DNA from: an uncultured bacterium | Lineage (GTDB): Bacteria; Zixibacteria; MSB-5A5; JAABVY01; JAHJOQ01 | Assembly: GCA_965369655.1 (NCBI GenBank) | Contig: CBDUQR010000001.1 | Location: forward strand, 64,001-128,000 | Length of the DNA stretch: 64,000 nucleotides | Direction: 5' to 3' | Shown: piece by piece, positions 18,351 to 29,268 of the stretch | How the letters are laid out: every line of letters starts with the position of its first letter | How positions within the stretch are numbered: the stretch's first letter is position 1 | Position numbers and translations under genes: made by a program | The notes under the pieces: generated by a model | Seen by the model: only the letters and a program-made list of their open reading frames with translations | What the model was told of the DNA's origin: nothing | Databases searched by the model: none

Positions 18351-19283
18351 TCAAACATCTTCTGAATCTGACTGCAGAAGATGTTCGAGGGCATTTCGGA
18401 GATGAGGGAAAGCGAATTCAAAGCCGGATTCCAGGAGTTTCTTCGGGATGACTCTCTGACCGGCGAGGACTGTCCCGACTGCCATCTTTCCAAGCACGAG
18501 CTTCGCAGCGAAAGCCGGAACCGATGCAGACGACGACTTGCTGAGCGTATCCCCGAGCGTTTTCGAAAAGTCCGCGTTTGACACAGGATTGGGAGCGACC
18601 AGATTCACCGGACCGTTTATGCCGTCGTTTTCGATCAGATGTTTGATGGCGGCGAGCCAGTCATCGAGGGCAATCCAGCTCATCATCTGCCTGCCACTCC
18701 CCATCTTCCCACCCAGACCCTTTTTGAACAATGGCAGCAGCTTCGCGAGCGCACCTCCCGCCGGAGTCAGCACAATGCCGGTTCTCATCAGGATCGTGCG
18801 TATTCCTGCATTCACGGCAGGTTTCGCGGCGTTTTCCCAATCCCGACAGACATTGGCGAGAAACCCCTCGCCGACCGAGCTTGATTCATCGAGCGATTCG
18901 TCCGGATCGCGATCGCCATAAATCCCGATCGCCGATGCGGACATGAACAGCGCAGGTTTCCTCTCCAATCGCGCTATCGATTCGGCAAGAAACTGTGTCG
19001 TCTCAATCCTGCTGTCACGGATCAATTTCATGCGAGCATCAGTCCAGCGAGACTCGGCAATTCCGGCACCGGAGAGATTTATGATGACATCGATGCCATC
19101 CAGCTTATCGACATTCAGGGTTCGCTCCAGTGGATTCCAGAGTACAGCCTCTGCGCCCGATTCATAGCGAGCATCGTCCCTGACCAGAACGACCACCGAG
19201 TGACCGTCACGAGTCAAAGCTGGAACCAGCGCCGATCCGAGCAGCCCCGATGATCCCGATATCGCGATTCGCATTGACATCAA
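18351..19283 (-). CDS. TIGR01777 family NAD-dependent epimerase/oxidoreductase
   Basis: ISGSSGLLG, SASAIGIYG, FLANVCRDWE, GPVNLVAP. Confidence 0.93.
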   Translation of the reverse strand: MMSMRIAISGSSGLLGSALVPALTRDGHSVVVLVRDDARYESGAEAVLWNPLERTLNVDKLDGIDVIINLSGAGIAESRWTDARMKLIRDSRIETTQFLAESIARLERKPALFMSASAIGIYGDRDPDESLDESSSVGEGFLANVCRDWENAAKPAVNAGIRTILMRTGIVLTPAGGALAKLLPLFKKGLGGKMGSGRQMMSWIALDDWLAAIKHLIENDGINGPVNLVAPNPVSNADFSKTLGDTLSKSSSASVPAFAAKLVLGKMAVGTVLAGQRVIPKKLLESGFEFAFPHLRNALEHLLQSDSEDV

Positions 19284-19328
19284 TAATACTCAGTCTGTGA
19301 TATCATGACGGAAATGCCGACCCGTGAT

Positions 19329-19988
19329 CTACGGTCTCTCTACGCTTACGGTTAATTTTGGCAAGCTGAATATCTCCGCCTCGACAAGGTCGCCGTGGCG
19401 CAGCGCCCCCACACCTTTCGGAGTCCCGGTCATGAATACATCACCCGGTTCGAGCGTCATGAATCCGGAAACATATTCGATAACCTCACCCGGCGTGAAA
19501 ATCATCTGACCGGTGTTGGCTGACTGCCGGAGTTCGCCGTTAACCGAGAGTTGGATGTCGAGAGAGAGGGGATCGAAATCGGTCGGTACCGAGACAAACT
19601 CGCCGAACACAGCGGCTGAATCGAAACATTTCGAGATTGTCCATGGTCCGCCTGATTTCCTGGCGGCATCCTGAATGTCGCGAAGTGTCAGGTCGAGGCC
19701 GACTCCCCAGCACGAGATCAACTCCTGGGCATCGTCCGCCGACACAGACTTGCACTGTTCTGCTATCACGAAACAGAGTTCTACCTCATGGTGCAGCGTT
19801 CCAAGCTTAGACGGAATGGTGATTCGATCTGCTCCAGCCGTTATTGATGAATTCGGCTTTAGGAATATGGTCGGTTCCGACATGGGCTTCGATCCGCCCA
19901 TCTCCTGGATATGAGCGAGGTAATTTCTGCCCACGCAGATTATCTTGCCGGGAATGATCTTCGCCCCGACAGCCTTTATGGTATTCAT
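19329..19988 (-). CDS. Fumarylacetoacetate hydrolase family protein
   Basis: ICVGRNY, FLKP, HHEVEL, GDVFMTGTPKGVG. Confidence 0.95.
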   Translation of the reverse strand: MNTIKAVGAKIIPGKIICVGRNYLAHIQEMGGSKPMSEPTIFLKPNSSITAGADRITIPSKLGTLHHEVELCFVIAEQCKSVSADDAQELISCWGVGLDLTLRDIQDAARKSGGPWTISKCFDSAAVFGEFVSVPTDFDPLSLDIQLSVNGELRQSANTGQMIFTPGEVIEYVSGFMTLEPGDVFMTGTPKGVGALRHGDLVEAEIFSLPKLTVSVERP

Positions 19989-20013
19989 TCAGCCAACTCC
20001 GATTGCCTTGCTC

Positions 20014-20172
20014 TTACATGGGAGCAAATTGATTTTTCTCCGCAGAACATACCGGACAGAGGAAATCATCCGGCAGATCCTCGAACAGAGTACCCGGCTC
20101 GATGCCGTTTTCAGGATCGCCTTCTTCCGGATCATAGACCCAGCCACAGACGGTGCATACATATTTTTGCAT
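20014..20172 (-). CDS. Rubredoxin (52 aa, below the ORF-track cut-off)
   Basis: Manual translation [62 protein letters not shown]. Confidence 0.95.
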   Translation of the reverse strand: MQKYVCTVCGWVYDPEEGDPENGIEPGTLFEDLPDDFLCPVCSAEKNQFAPM

Positions 20173-20261
20173 CAATTCCTCCTCGGATCGAGACTATCAT
20201 TACGTGAGAATACCAGTCGCGGAATGCGGTGTCAAGAGCGCAAATGCAATATGGAAGCTCC

Positions 20262-20783
20262 TCAGCGGCTGCCGGAGAAGAGAGCATGTGCGATAAGACC
20301 GGCAATCGGCGGGAATATGAGCGTGCTGGCGAACCTGATCGCTGTCAGTTTCCATCCGAGGACGCCGATCTCCATTGGTATCCTGCTGACTGCGTAAAGG
20401 GACCATCCGGTCAGGAATGCAACCATAGTGCCGACGCCAGCCCCTGATCGCAGAAGACCCGCAGCGATTGGAAGGCTTACATACGGTCCCCCGGGCGTCA
20501 GACCACCAGCTAACGATCCAATCAGAATCCCTCGTAAACCCGATTCTTCGCCTACCCATTTTGCGACAGTCTCCTGAGGAATAAGCGTCTGGACCATGCC
20601 CGCGATGATAAATGCAAACGCAAGAAGCGGGACAATCTCGATAGTCATATTGTACGCCGATTTGAGACCGGCGATATGCGCGCCTTCACCGCCGCGATAT
20701 CCGAGATACAACAGCACAGCGGCGAGTATCCCCATGATTATTGTAGGAATCAGCATGTTGTTTTTCTTTCGTTTGGGCGGCAT
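20262..20783 (-). CDS. Small permease (DUF318-like half-size); start may be 20756
   Basis: WVGEESGLRG, TPGGPYVSLPIAA, multiple TMs. Confidence 0.8.
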   Translation of the reverse strand: MPPKRKKNNMLIPTIIMGILAAVLLYLGYRGGEGAHIAGLKSAYNMTIEIVPLLAFAFIIAGMVQTLIPQETVAKWVGEESGLRGILIGSLAGGLTPGGPYVSLPIAAGLLRSGAGVGTMVAFLTGWSLYAVSRIPMEIGVLGWKLTAIRFASTLIFPPIAGLIAHALFSGSR

Positions 20784-20815
20784 CTATGGATACCTGTTTA
20801 TAAGTCGAATCATTA

Positions 20816-22423
20816 TCAGAAACTCTTCCTCTTGAATTTGCGGCGAAGAGCGAGAACAAATAGAGCAATCAGTGAAGCTACAAACAGTGTCTCTAATATG
20901 ATGAGTGTCTCCTGCCAACCGAATCTAAGATATAAATCCATTTTGTCCCGGTTAACCCAAAGTAGCTTGAGATTGATTATGCACACATCGAAGTATACAC
21001 CTTCAGAAAAATCTTCCCAAATGATACCGGGCTTTAGGCGGACAACGTCCGAATCGTAGCCCTCAAACTCATGAGCAACTTGATTTACAAAATAACTGTC
21101 AGTATCCACATTAACACCATAATGCAAGAGCAATAGCGGAATAAAGAGAAGAATAAACGCCAGCAGCCCTAACGGCCTTCTATAGCTTTCGCCGTAGTTG
21201 CTTACAAGCTTGTACCAAATGTCGAGACAGATGAAACTTCGCCACCACCCCTTAGATTTTCTAACCATTTCCCTTTCACCAACATAGAAATCACCAGCCT
21301 CCGGGTATCTATAACTTTCGCCGTAATTGGCTTGGAGTCTCCTGAATAATTGAGCGACAGCTTGATACTCACGTGCCTCAGATGATGCGCTCAACAGTTG
21401 CTCGTCAAAAACCGACTTTCTTCGTGTGGGGTAAAGGAATCGGAGTATTGAAACTAGAGAACTCGGCACACTAAGTTTGGATCCTATTGACACTATTGCT
21501 CGAATCAATCTCCCTGAGCGATGCTCCGCCCAGCGAACATAGGAGATATCTACTTTGCTGATATCACATCCACTGAGTTGTACGTTTGACATGTCGATGT
21601 CTTCAAATCGGACCTTCTCAGGTGCACTGAATTTACACATTCGCATATCTGATCCACAGAGAAACTCAGTGTTGCGAAAGATAACCTCGTTCCTAAATAC
21701 AGTCCGTGTGAAGCTAACATTCAAGAATTTTGTCTTGATAAAACTGGCTCGGCCATCAAAAGTTGTGGATTGAATCCCTTCAATTTCCATTAGCTCAATC
21801 GTCGAGAAGAGAGTTCTACGATACATCTTTGCTAAGTTGAAGGAGACCTCTTTATTGAAATGAACATTTCGGAAATCCGCTACACACCAAAACCAGCAAT
21901 GCCGGAAACTGGCTTTTCCCTCAAAAGTACATAATTTGAAGTCAGCTTGCTTATTGGTATCCCCGTCACCAGTGCCAAACTTGCACCCGTCGAAATTAGT
22001 ATTTTGAAAGAAAGTTGATCCCGCAAACGTTACAGACATGCCGAATTTTGTACCTGTTGAAAACCTCGTTTTCCCACGAAACTCACATTTGTGATAATAG
22101 ACATTATCTCTGAATTCTGAGAAAGAGAAGTCAACTTCGTAAAAGACTGAGTGACTGAAATACACTGGCTTATAGATGATACGATGCGAAGCGGTCAAGC
22201 TACCATGCGGAAAGTGAACCCTGGTCAGATCGTGACAATCTTCTGTTGGATCGCCAAAAACCGCTTCAAGTTCGTTTGTGAAATCTGTAAGGTTCTTTGT
22301 TGGGCGCTGATCGTGCAAGATGCAGTGGTGAAATATCTGGTCATCCCAATTATAACCATATGCCCGTCTCCCGCACTCCTTTCCATTTGCCATTCTTTCT
22401 CTGCAAGTATCAGACATGGTCAA
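20816..22423 (-). CDS. Pentapeptide-repeat protein with a C-terminal membrane domain
   Basis: Repeated xDF..xF pentapeptides, N-terminal Cys/His cluster, YGESYRRP plus TM helices; AT-rich. Confidence 0.85.
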   Translation of the reverse strand: MTMSDTCRERMANGKECGRRAYGYNWDDQIFHHCILHDQRPTKNLTDFTNELEAVFGDPTEDCHDLTRVHFPHGSLTASHRIIYKPVYFSHSVFYEVDFSFSEFRDNVYYHKCEFRGKTRFSTGTKFGMSVTFAGSTFFQNTNFDGCKFGTGDGDTNKQADFKLCTFEGKASFRHCWFWCVADFRNVHFNKEVSFNLAKMYRRTLFSTIELMEIEGIQSTTFDGRASFIKTKFLNVSFTRTVFRNEVIFRNTEFLCGSDMRMCKFSAPEKVRFEDIDMSNVQLSGCDISKVDISYVRWAEHRSGRLIRAIVSIGSKLSVPSSLVSILRFLYPTRRKSVFDEQLLSASSEAREYQAVAQLFRRLQANYGESYRYPEAGDFYVGEREMVRKSKGWWRSFICLDIWYKLVSNYGESYRRPLGLLAFILLFIPLLLLHYGVNVDTDSYFVNQVAHEFEGYDSDVVRLKPGIIWEDFSEGVYFDVCIINLKLLWVNRDKMDLYLRFGWQETLIILETLFVASLIALFVLALRRKFKRKSF

Positions 22424-22426
22424 CCA

Positions 22427-23545
22427 TCACTTCCTCGCTTTCCACATCAGCAACAGCCCGACTACAAAAAAGACAGTGTTGACGCCCCATGCTGCGATGA
22501 TCGGCGGGATCGTGCCTTCGGCGCCGAGTCTCTGTCCGACCTCGAAGAGTAAAATGTAACAGAACGCAATGCCCGCCGAAAATGAGAACCCAATCGCGAC
22601 AGATCCGCGTCGTTTGTCGGATGCAAGCGGTACAGCAAGCAGCACTATGATAAAGCTTGCCAGCGGCAACGAAAACTTGATGTGGTAGAAGACTTCCTCG
22701 CGCGTGGTTTCGACCGCCGCTTTGCGACGATAGTCGATCGTCCTTGCGAGTTCCGCAACCGACATGTCGAAACCGAGGTTTCTGCCAGAAGCTTTGCTGA
22801 TCACTTCGGAATGCTCGAACCTCTCGGGCGGTTCGGATATATCCGTCAGATAGAGTGTATCGAACTCGGTGACAACTTCGGCACCGGCACCCTCGCCATC
22901 GGATGAAAACTGACGCAGCACGCCATCCATCGCAACCCAGATCGTGTCCTCCCATCGCATTATCTCGCAGTCGAGTTTGCTCGACAGCCGATTCTCGGAG
23001 ACGGTGAATATCTCGACGCGTTTCGCGGTATTCGTCGGCGGATGATAGTTACCCAGCTTGAATATCCTCCCCTGTTCGCCGAGATACAGCAGCCCGTGCA
23101 CATTCTCTTTGCCGTAGTTCGGGTTCTTCTCGATCTCACCGTACCTGATCTGCATCTTTCGCCTGTTTGCTTCCGGGACGATCCTGTCGGAGAAGAAGAA
23201 CATCGCTACGCTGATCAACAGCCCCCCAAGCAGCAGCGGCCTGGCGACACGATACAGGCTGACCCCGGAAGAACTGGTTGCCAGAAGCTCGTTTCGCCGC
23301 GCCATAAGCCCGACCGTGAACATCGAGCCGAGCAACACAGCAACCGGCGTTACCTGCACGATTATGAACGGAAAATAGTAAACGTAGTAGCGGATTACGG
23401 TCCCAAACGGCGCCTCGTTGTCGATGTAGTCGTCGAGATGTTCTACCACATCGACTATCAGGTAGATGAGCAGGAACACGAATATCGAAATCAGGGCGGC
23501 CTTGAGAAACGACTTGAGCATGTATCTGTCGAGGACTTTGAACAT
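22427..23545 (-). CDS. lptG: LPS export permease LptG
   Basis: MFKVLDRY start overlapping the lptF stop; NELLA..SSGVS; YjgP/YjgQ family. Confidence 0.88.
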   Translation of the reverse strand: MFKVLDRYMLKSFLKAALISIFVFLLIYLIVDVVEHLDDYIDNEAPFGTVIRYYVYYFPFIIVQVTPVAVLLGSMFTVGLMARRNELLATSSSGVSLYRVARPLLLGGLLISVAMFFFSDRIVPEANRRKMQIRYGEIEKNPNYGKENVHGLLYLGEQGRIFKLGNYHPPTNTAKRVEIFTVSENRLSSKLDCEIMRWEDTIWVAMDGVLRQFSSDGEGAGAEVVTEFDTLYLTDISEPPERFEHSEVISKASGRNLGFDMSVAELARTIDYRRKAAVETTREEVFYHIKFSLPLASFIIVLLAVPLASDKRRGSVAIGFSFSAGIAFCYILLFEVGQRLGAEGTIPPIIAAWGVNTVFFVVGLLLMWKARK

Positions 23546-24888
23546 CAGCGCGTCCTGCGGACCAATTTGATAAGTTCCGCGATAAACTTCTTCTCCGTCA
23601 TAACCTTGAACAGCAAAATCACCCCGGCAATCCCCAGAAGGATATTCGCGGACCACATGGCGATTTCAGGCGAGACAAACCCGCGATCGGAGAGCTCCTC
23701 GCCGCCGATCAGAAACGCCCAGTAGACGATAAATAGCGCTATTGATATGCCGATAGAGATCGCCATGCCGCCTCGTCTCGCAAGAATCCCGAGCGGTGCG
23801 CCGACCAGCACGAACACGAAGCAGGCGGCAGGCAGTGAATACTTCTTGTGTACTTCAAGGAGGTACTTATTGATTAACTCCTGAGTATGGCTCATGCTTT
23901 TGACAGACTGCCGCAGGTCTCGTTCGATGTCGACAGCTCTCTGGAATGCGAGCATCACCGCCTTCCGATAGAACATTTTCCCAGCGTCGGCATGATCGAC
24001 AGTAACGCCGTCGAGCAGCCTGCGGTTCTCGTTCTCGATTCGCCTCCAGGCTGTCACGCGCGCATTGTCCATCCTGTTGCGCCATTTGCGAATCTCGGCG
24101 AGCATATCCTCGGATGATCTCTCCCTGTCTCCCCTGTACGACGATGACGATGTCTTCTTGAGAGATCGACTGACATCTCTGATATTGAATGTCTGCTTTT
24201 CGAATTTGACCCACTGCCATTTGTTGGGTGAATCGGGCACCGGTTCATGTATCTCGCCGTCCTCGAGTTCGAAGCTGAGAACAGCGCCGCCGTCAAGATA
24301 CTTTAGCCTGCCGCGCTCTGCCAGAATAGTGCGCGGGTTCTTTGAATCCTTCTGATCGAAAATGGTTACGTCTTTTATGCGAGACGTCTTGTGGTCGATG
24401 TCCCTTATCAGGATCACGTACCCGGGTATATCGTTCAGAAAGATATTGCTTCTAATCGACAGGGTCGGCCGCGTCACGCGTATATCGCCCATCAGCACTC
24501 TTGCCTCATGGTTGGCGTCCGGCAGGACTTCATTGTTGAACCAGACCATGAATGCCGCGAGAAACATGCTTGCAATGAGGACGGGCCGTATCAGTGATAT
24601 GACATGAATGCCAGAGCTTTTCATCGCAAGGATTTCAAAATCGGACGTCATTCTTCCAAACGCCATCAACGTGGCGACAAGCGTAGACATCGGAACCGAC
24701 AGGGCGAGCATCCAGGCGAGATTGAGGACAAAAACCCAGAGTATAGTGAGAACATCGAGGTCCTTGCCTATCGCCATCTCTATCACGTTCGGAACGAAAT
24801 CGAGAATCAGAACGAATGTCACCACGAAGAACGCAAAAAAGAACGGACCCAGATGTTCTTTGAGGATATATCTGGACAGTATGCGCAT
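23545..24888 (-). CDS. lptF: LPS export permease LptF
   Basis: MRILSRYILKE, DFEILAMKSSGI, HKKYSLP. Confidence 0.88.
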   Translation of the reverse strand: MRILSRYILKEHLGPFFFAFFVVTFVLILDFVPNVIEMAIGKDLDVLTILWVFVLNLAWMLALSVPMSTLVATLMAFGRMTSDFEILAMKSSGIHVISLIRPVLIASMFLAAFMVWFNNEVLPDANHEARVLMGDIRVTRPTLSIRSNIFLNDIPGYVILIRDIDHKTSRIKDVTIFDQKDSKNPRTILAERGRLKYLDGGAVLSFELEDGEIHEPVPDSPNKWQWVKFEKQTFNIRDVSRSLKKTSSSSYRGDRERSSEDMLAEIRKWRNRMDNARVTAWRRIENENRRLLDGVTVDHADAGKMFYRKAVMLAFQRAVDIERDLRQSVKSMSHTQELINKYLLEVHKKYSLPAACFVFVLVGAPLGILARRGGMAISIGISIALFIVYWAFLIGGEELSDRGFVSPEIAMWSANILLGIAGVILLFKVMTEKKFIAELIKLVRRTR

Positions 24889-24962
24889 TTCGGCCAAGTT
24901 ATTCATGTTGCGTTTATTATACAAGTATTTTCCTTGCAGGGTCTTCCGCGCGATTATATCTT

Positions 24963-25901
24963 GTGACAGAGGTATATGTGATGATTTCAGATTTCGTACA
25001 AGGGGACACAGTCACAGAGTTTTTCGCGCTTGCATCGGTGCAGTTGCGGCAGTACGATCAGGGTGAAATGCTGCGGCTGGAGTTCACCGACGCTTCCGGC
25101 AGGATCGATGGCATAGCCTGGGACAACGCATCCAATACATACAGCCGGATCAAGAACGCCGATATTGTCAAGGTTCAGGCTCTGGTATCGACGTACCGTG
25201 ACAAACTGCAACTAAAAGTCAACAGGATTCGTGAGGCGGAAGATGGAGAATACGATATCGAGAAGCTGCTGCGGGTTGTCGATGGTGGTCTGGACAGACA
25301 GAGAGAGTTCTTTGACACGATCTTCGCGACAATATCAGACGAATATCTGTCTGAACTCCTGCGCAAAATCAGGCATGACGATGATCTTTTCGGGAAATAC
25401 CTGAGAGCTCCCGCCGGGAAGCGATTTCATCATGATTATATCGGCGGTCTAGCCGAGCACTCTCTCTCTATGGCGAATCTCGCCTCAAGATGCTGCGAGC
25501 ATTATCCCGAACTGAATCGTGACCTGACCGTCTGCGGAGCAATTCTCCACGATATCGGCAAGGTGCAGGAACTGGCGGGCGGAACAAGGCTGGAATATAC
25601 CGACAAGGGGAAACTGATCGGGCACATCACGCTTGGCGACAGGATCGTCGCGGACATTATCGCAACAATCCCGGACTTTCCCGAAAAGCTGGAGACCAAG
25701 CTGCGCCATTTGATGCTCTCGCATCATGGCGAACGACAGTTCGGCTCACCTGTTGTCCCGATGACAAGAGAGGCGTATGTGCTCCACTATGTTGACAGGC
25801 TCGACAGCGGTTTGAATGTTTTCTCGCACTATGAGTCAAACCATGTCGACGATTGGTCCAACTATGTCAACCTGTGGGAAAGATTTCTCTACTTCGGGTA
25901 G
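24963..25901 (+). CDS. yhaM: OB-fold plus HD domain 3'-5' exoribonuclease (YhaM/CBF1 family)
   Basis: DASGRIDG..W, PAGKRFHH..GGL.EH, LHDIGK, HHG. Confidence 0.88.
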   Translation: MTEVYVMISDFVQGDTVTEFFALASVQLRQYDQGEMLRLEFTDASGRIDGIAWDNASNTYSRIKNADIVKVQALVSTYRDKLQLKVNRIREAEDGEYDIEKLLRVVDGGLDRQREFFDTIFATISDEYLSELLRKIRHDDDLFGKYLRAPAGKRFHHDYIGGLAEHSLSMANLASRCCEHYPELNRDLTVCGAILHDIGKVQELAGGTRLEYTDKGKLIGHITLGDRIVADIIATIPDFPEKLETKLRHLMLSHHGERQFGSPVVPMTREAYVLHYVDRLDSGLNVFSHYESNHVDDWSNYVNLWERFLYFG

Positions 25902-27005
<1,104 letters not shown>

Positions 27006-27102
27006 GCGACCCCGCGAGACAGTGCCACATTGGCATGTAAATACCGCCACATTTGCATTTTTACTCTTGACAATTCAGCCTCTCAACACGTAGATTCCTG
27101 AT

Positions 27103-29268
27103 GTGGCAGTTTCAAGAAGCCGAATCATAGCGTATATCGAGTCAGAGAGTTACCGACCTTTGAGGATTCGGGAACTCGCCAAAGGGCTCAAAATACCTGA
27201 ATCCGAGTACCGCACATTTCGACAGCAGATCAAGGATCTGATTGCAGACAGCTCGATCGTGAGGTTGAAAGGCGGTCGAATCGGCCAACCGAGCAAACTC
27301 AATCTCAAGTCGGGCATCCTTCAGGTCAACCGCAAGGGCGTAGGATTCATGGCGCCCGAGGATGGCTCTGAGGATATATTCATCCCCGCCGACGAGATGT
27401 CGACCGGACTCGACAAAGACCGCGTCCTGGTTCGTGTGAAACCGGGCAGGCGCGGACGACTCCGCGAAGGCGCAATCCTGAAAGTGCTCAAACGCGAGAG
27501 GAACACGATAGTCGGTACTTTCCATCGAACCAGACATTTCATGTCGGTCGAACCTGACGACGAGAGGATCGGGCGGGACATCTATGTTCATGACTGTGGC
27601 GATCTTCGCGTGGAAAATGGGCAGAAAGTTGTCATCGCGCTCTCGGAGTGGAAAAACCCGAATATGAACCCGCAGGGGAAAATAATCGAGATACTCGGAT
27701 ACCCAGACGATCCGGGCGTCGATATCCTTTCGACAATCAGGAAGTTCAGTCTTCCCACAGAGTTTCCGGAGGCGGTCGAGAAAGAATCGACGGGCCTGAA
27801 ACTCGATATTTCTCCCGCCGCTCTCGAAGGCAGGCTCGATCTCAGGGACAAGATAACTCTAACGATAGATCCTGCGGATGCAAAGGACTATGACGACGCC
27901 GTATCTCTCGAGATTCTGGACAACGGGAACTACATGCTTGGGGTCCACATCGCCGATGTCGCGCACTATGTTCTTGAGGGGACCTCGCTCGACACGGAGG
28001 CGAGAGAAAGGGCAACATCTGTCTATCTTGTCGACAGGGTTCTGCCGATGCTGCCGGAGCGGCTCTCCAATGATATATGCAGTCTTCGAGAGAACGAGGA
28101 TCGCCTGACCTACTCCTGCCTCATGGAAGTTACAAAGAGCGGTGACGTCAAGAAGACCCGGATTGTCCAGTCGGTGATCTGCTCACGGGCGAGACTGTCG
28201 TATGATGACGTGCAGGAGTATTTCGACGATGGCAATCAGACGGACAAACTGAGCGGACTGACACAATCTCTCGATCTGATGCAGAAGCTGGCGAAAATAC
28301 TGAGGAAAAGGCGTCTCGAAATGGGCAGCCTTGATTTCGATCTGCCGGAGCCGAGAGTGGTCCTTGATACATCGGGCGACGTCGTAGATATCAGACCGCG
28401 TCCCAGAAAGGAAAGCCACAAGTTAGTCGAGGAATTCATGCTGCTGGCGAACCGAGCCGTGGCAGAGCAGTTCATGAGGCTTGGACTTCCCATACTGTAC
28501 AGGGTACACGAGGCTCCCGACCCGGACAGACTGGACGCATACCGCGAATTTGCGAGGGGCTTCGGCTGGGAACTCAAGATAACCAATCCGCCAAAACCGA
28601 TTCAACTGGCTCGATTCCTGAAAAAGATCGAAGGCTCTGACGCCGAGAGCATACTCAACGAGATGCTGCTCAGATCTCTGAAGAAAGCGTGCTATCAACC
28701 CGACAATATCGGTCATTTCGGACTCGCGTTCAGCCATTATCTCCATTTCACATCACCGATACGAAGATACCCTGACCTGCTTGTCCATCGACTGCTCAAA
28801 GAGATCAGGAACAGGCGCTATCCGGGAAAGCTGATGCCTTCGATAAAGAGACTGCTCAAACAGGTCGGCGAGCATTCATCGATGAGGGAAAAACTCGCTG
28901 AGGAAGCCGAACGCGAAACGGTGCGCATTAAACAGGCGATATACCTGTCGAAACATGTTGGCGATGTATTCGAGGGGGTGGTCTCCGGGATCATGTCGTT
29001 CGGATTCTTTGTCAGGCTGAAGAAATTCTCTGCCGAGGGCATGGTGCGACTCTCGACGCTCGGCGACGACTACTATCAGGTAGACGACAACAGGCTTTCG
29101 ATAACCGGCAGCCACACCGGAAAAGCTTTTTCACTCGGTGACAGAGTCTTTGTCCAGATCATCAATGTCGACCTCGACCACTATCAGATAAATCTGTCTA
29201 TTGTCAGCGATGACTCTCCGAAAAAACCCCGCAGGAGAAAAAACTCTATAGGAAAAAGGAAGAAATGA
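27103..29268 (+). CDS. rnr: Ribonuclease R
   Basis: TIDPADAKDYDDA, VEEFMLLAN, HFTSPIRRYPDL, S1 domain, basic tail. Confidence 0.96.
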   Translation: MAVSRSRIIAYIESESYRPLRIRELAKGLKIPESEYRTFRQQIKDLIADSSIVRLKGGRIGQPSKLNLKSGILQVNRKGVGFMAPEDGSEDIFIPADEMSTGLDKDRVLVRVKPGRRGRLREGAILKVLKRERNTIVGTFHRTRHFMSVEPDDERIGRDIYVHDCGDLRVENGQKVVIALSEWKNPNMNPQGKIIEILGYPDDPGVDILSTIRKFSLPTEFPEAVEKESTGLKLDISPAALEGRLDLRDKITLTIDPADAKDYDDAVSLEILDNGNYMLGVHIADVAHYVLEGTSLDTEARERATSVYLVDRVLPMLPERLSNDICSLRENEDRLTYSCLMEVTKSGDVKKTRIVQSVICSRARLSYDDVQEYFDDGNQTDKLSGLTQSLDLMQKLAKILRKRRLEMGSLDFDLPEPRVVLDTSGDVVDIRPRPRKESHKLVEEFMLLANRAVAEQFMRLGLPILYRVHEAPDPDRLDAYREFARGFGWELKITNPPKPIQLARFLKKIEGSDAESILNEMLLRSLKKACYQPDNIGHFGLAFSHYLHFTSPIRRYPDLLVHRLLKEIRNRRYPGKLMPSIKRLLKQVGEHSSMREKLAEEAERETVRIKQAIYLSKHVGDVFEGVVSGIMSFGFFVRLKKFSAEGMVRLSTLGDDYYQVDDNRLSITGSHTGKAFSLGDRVFVQIINVDLDHYQINLSIVSDDSPKKPRRRKNSIGKRKK

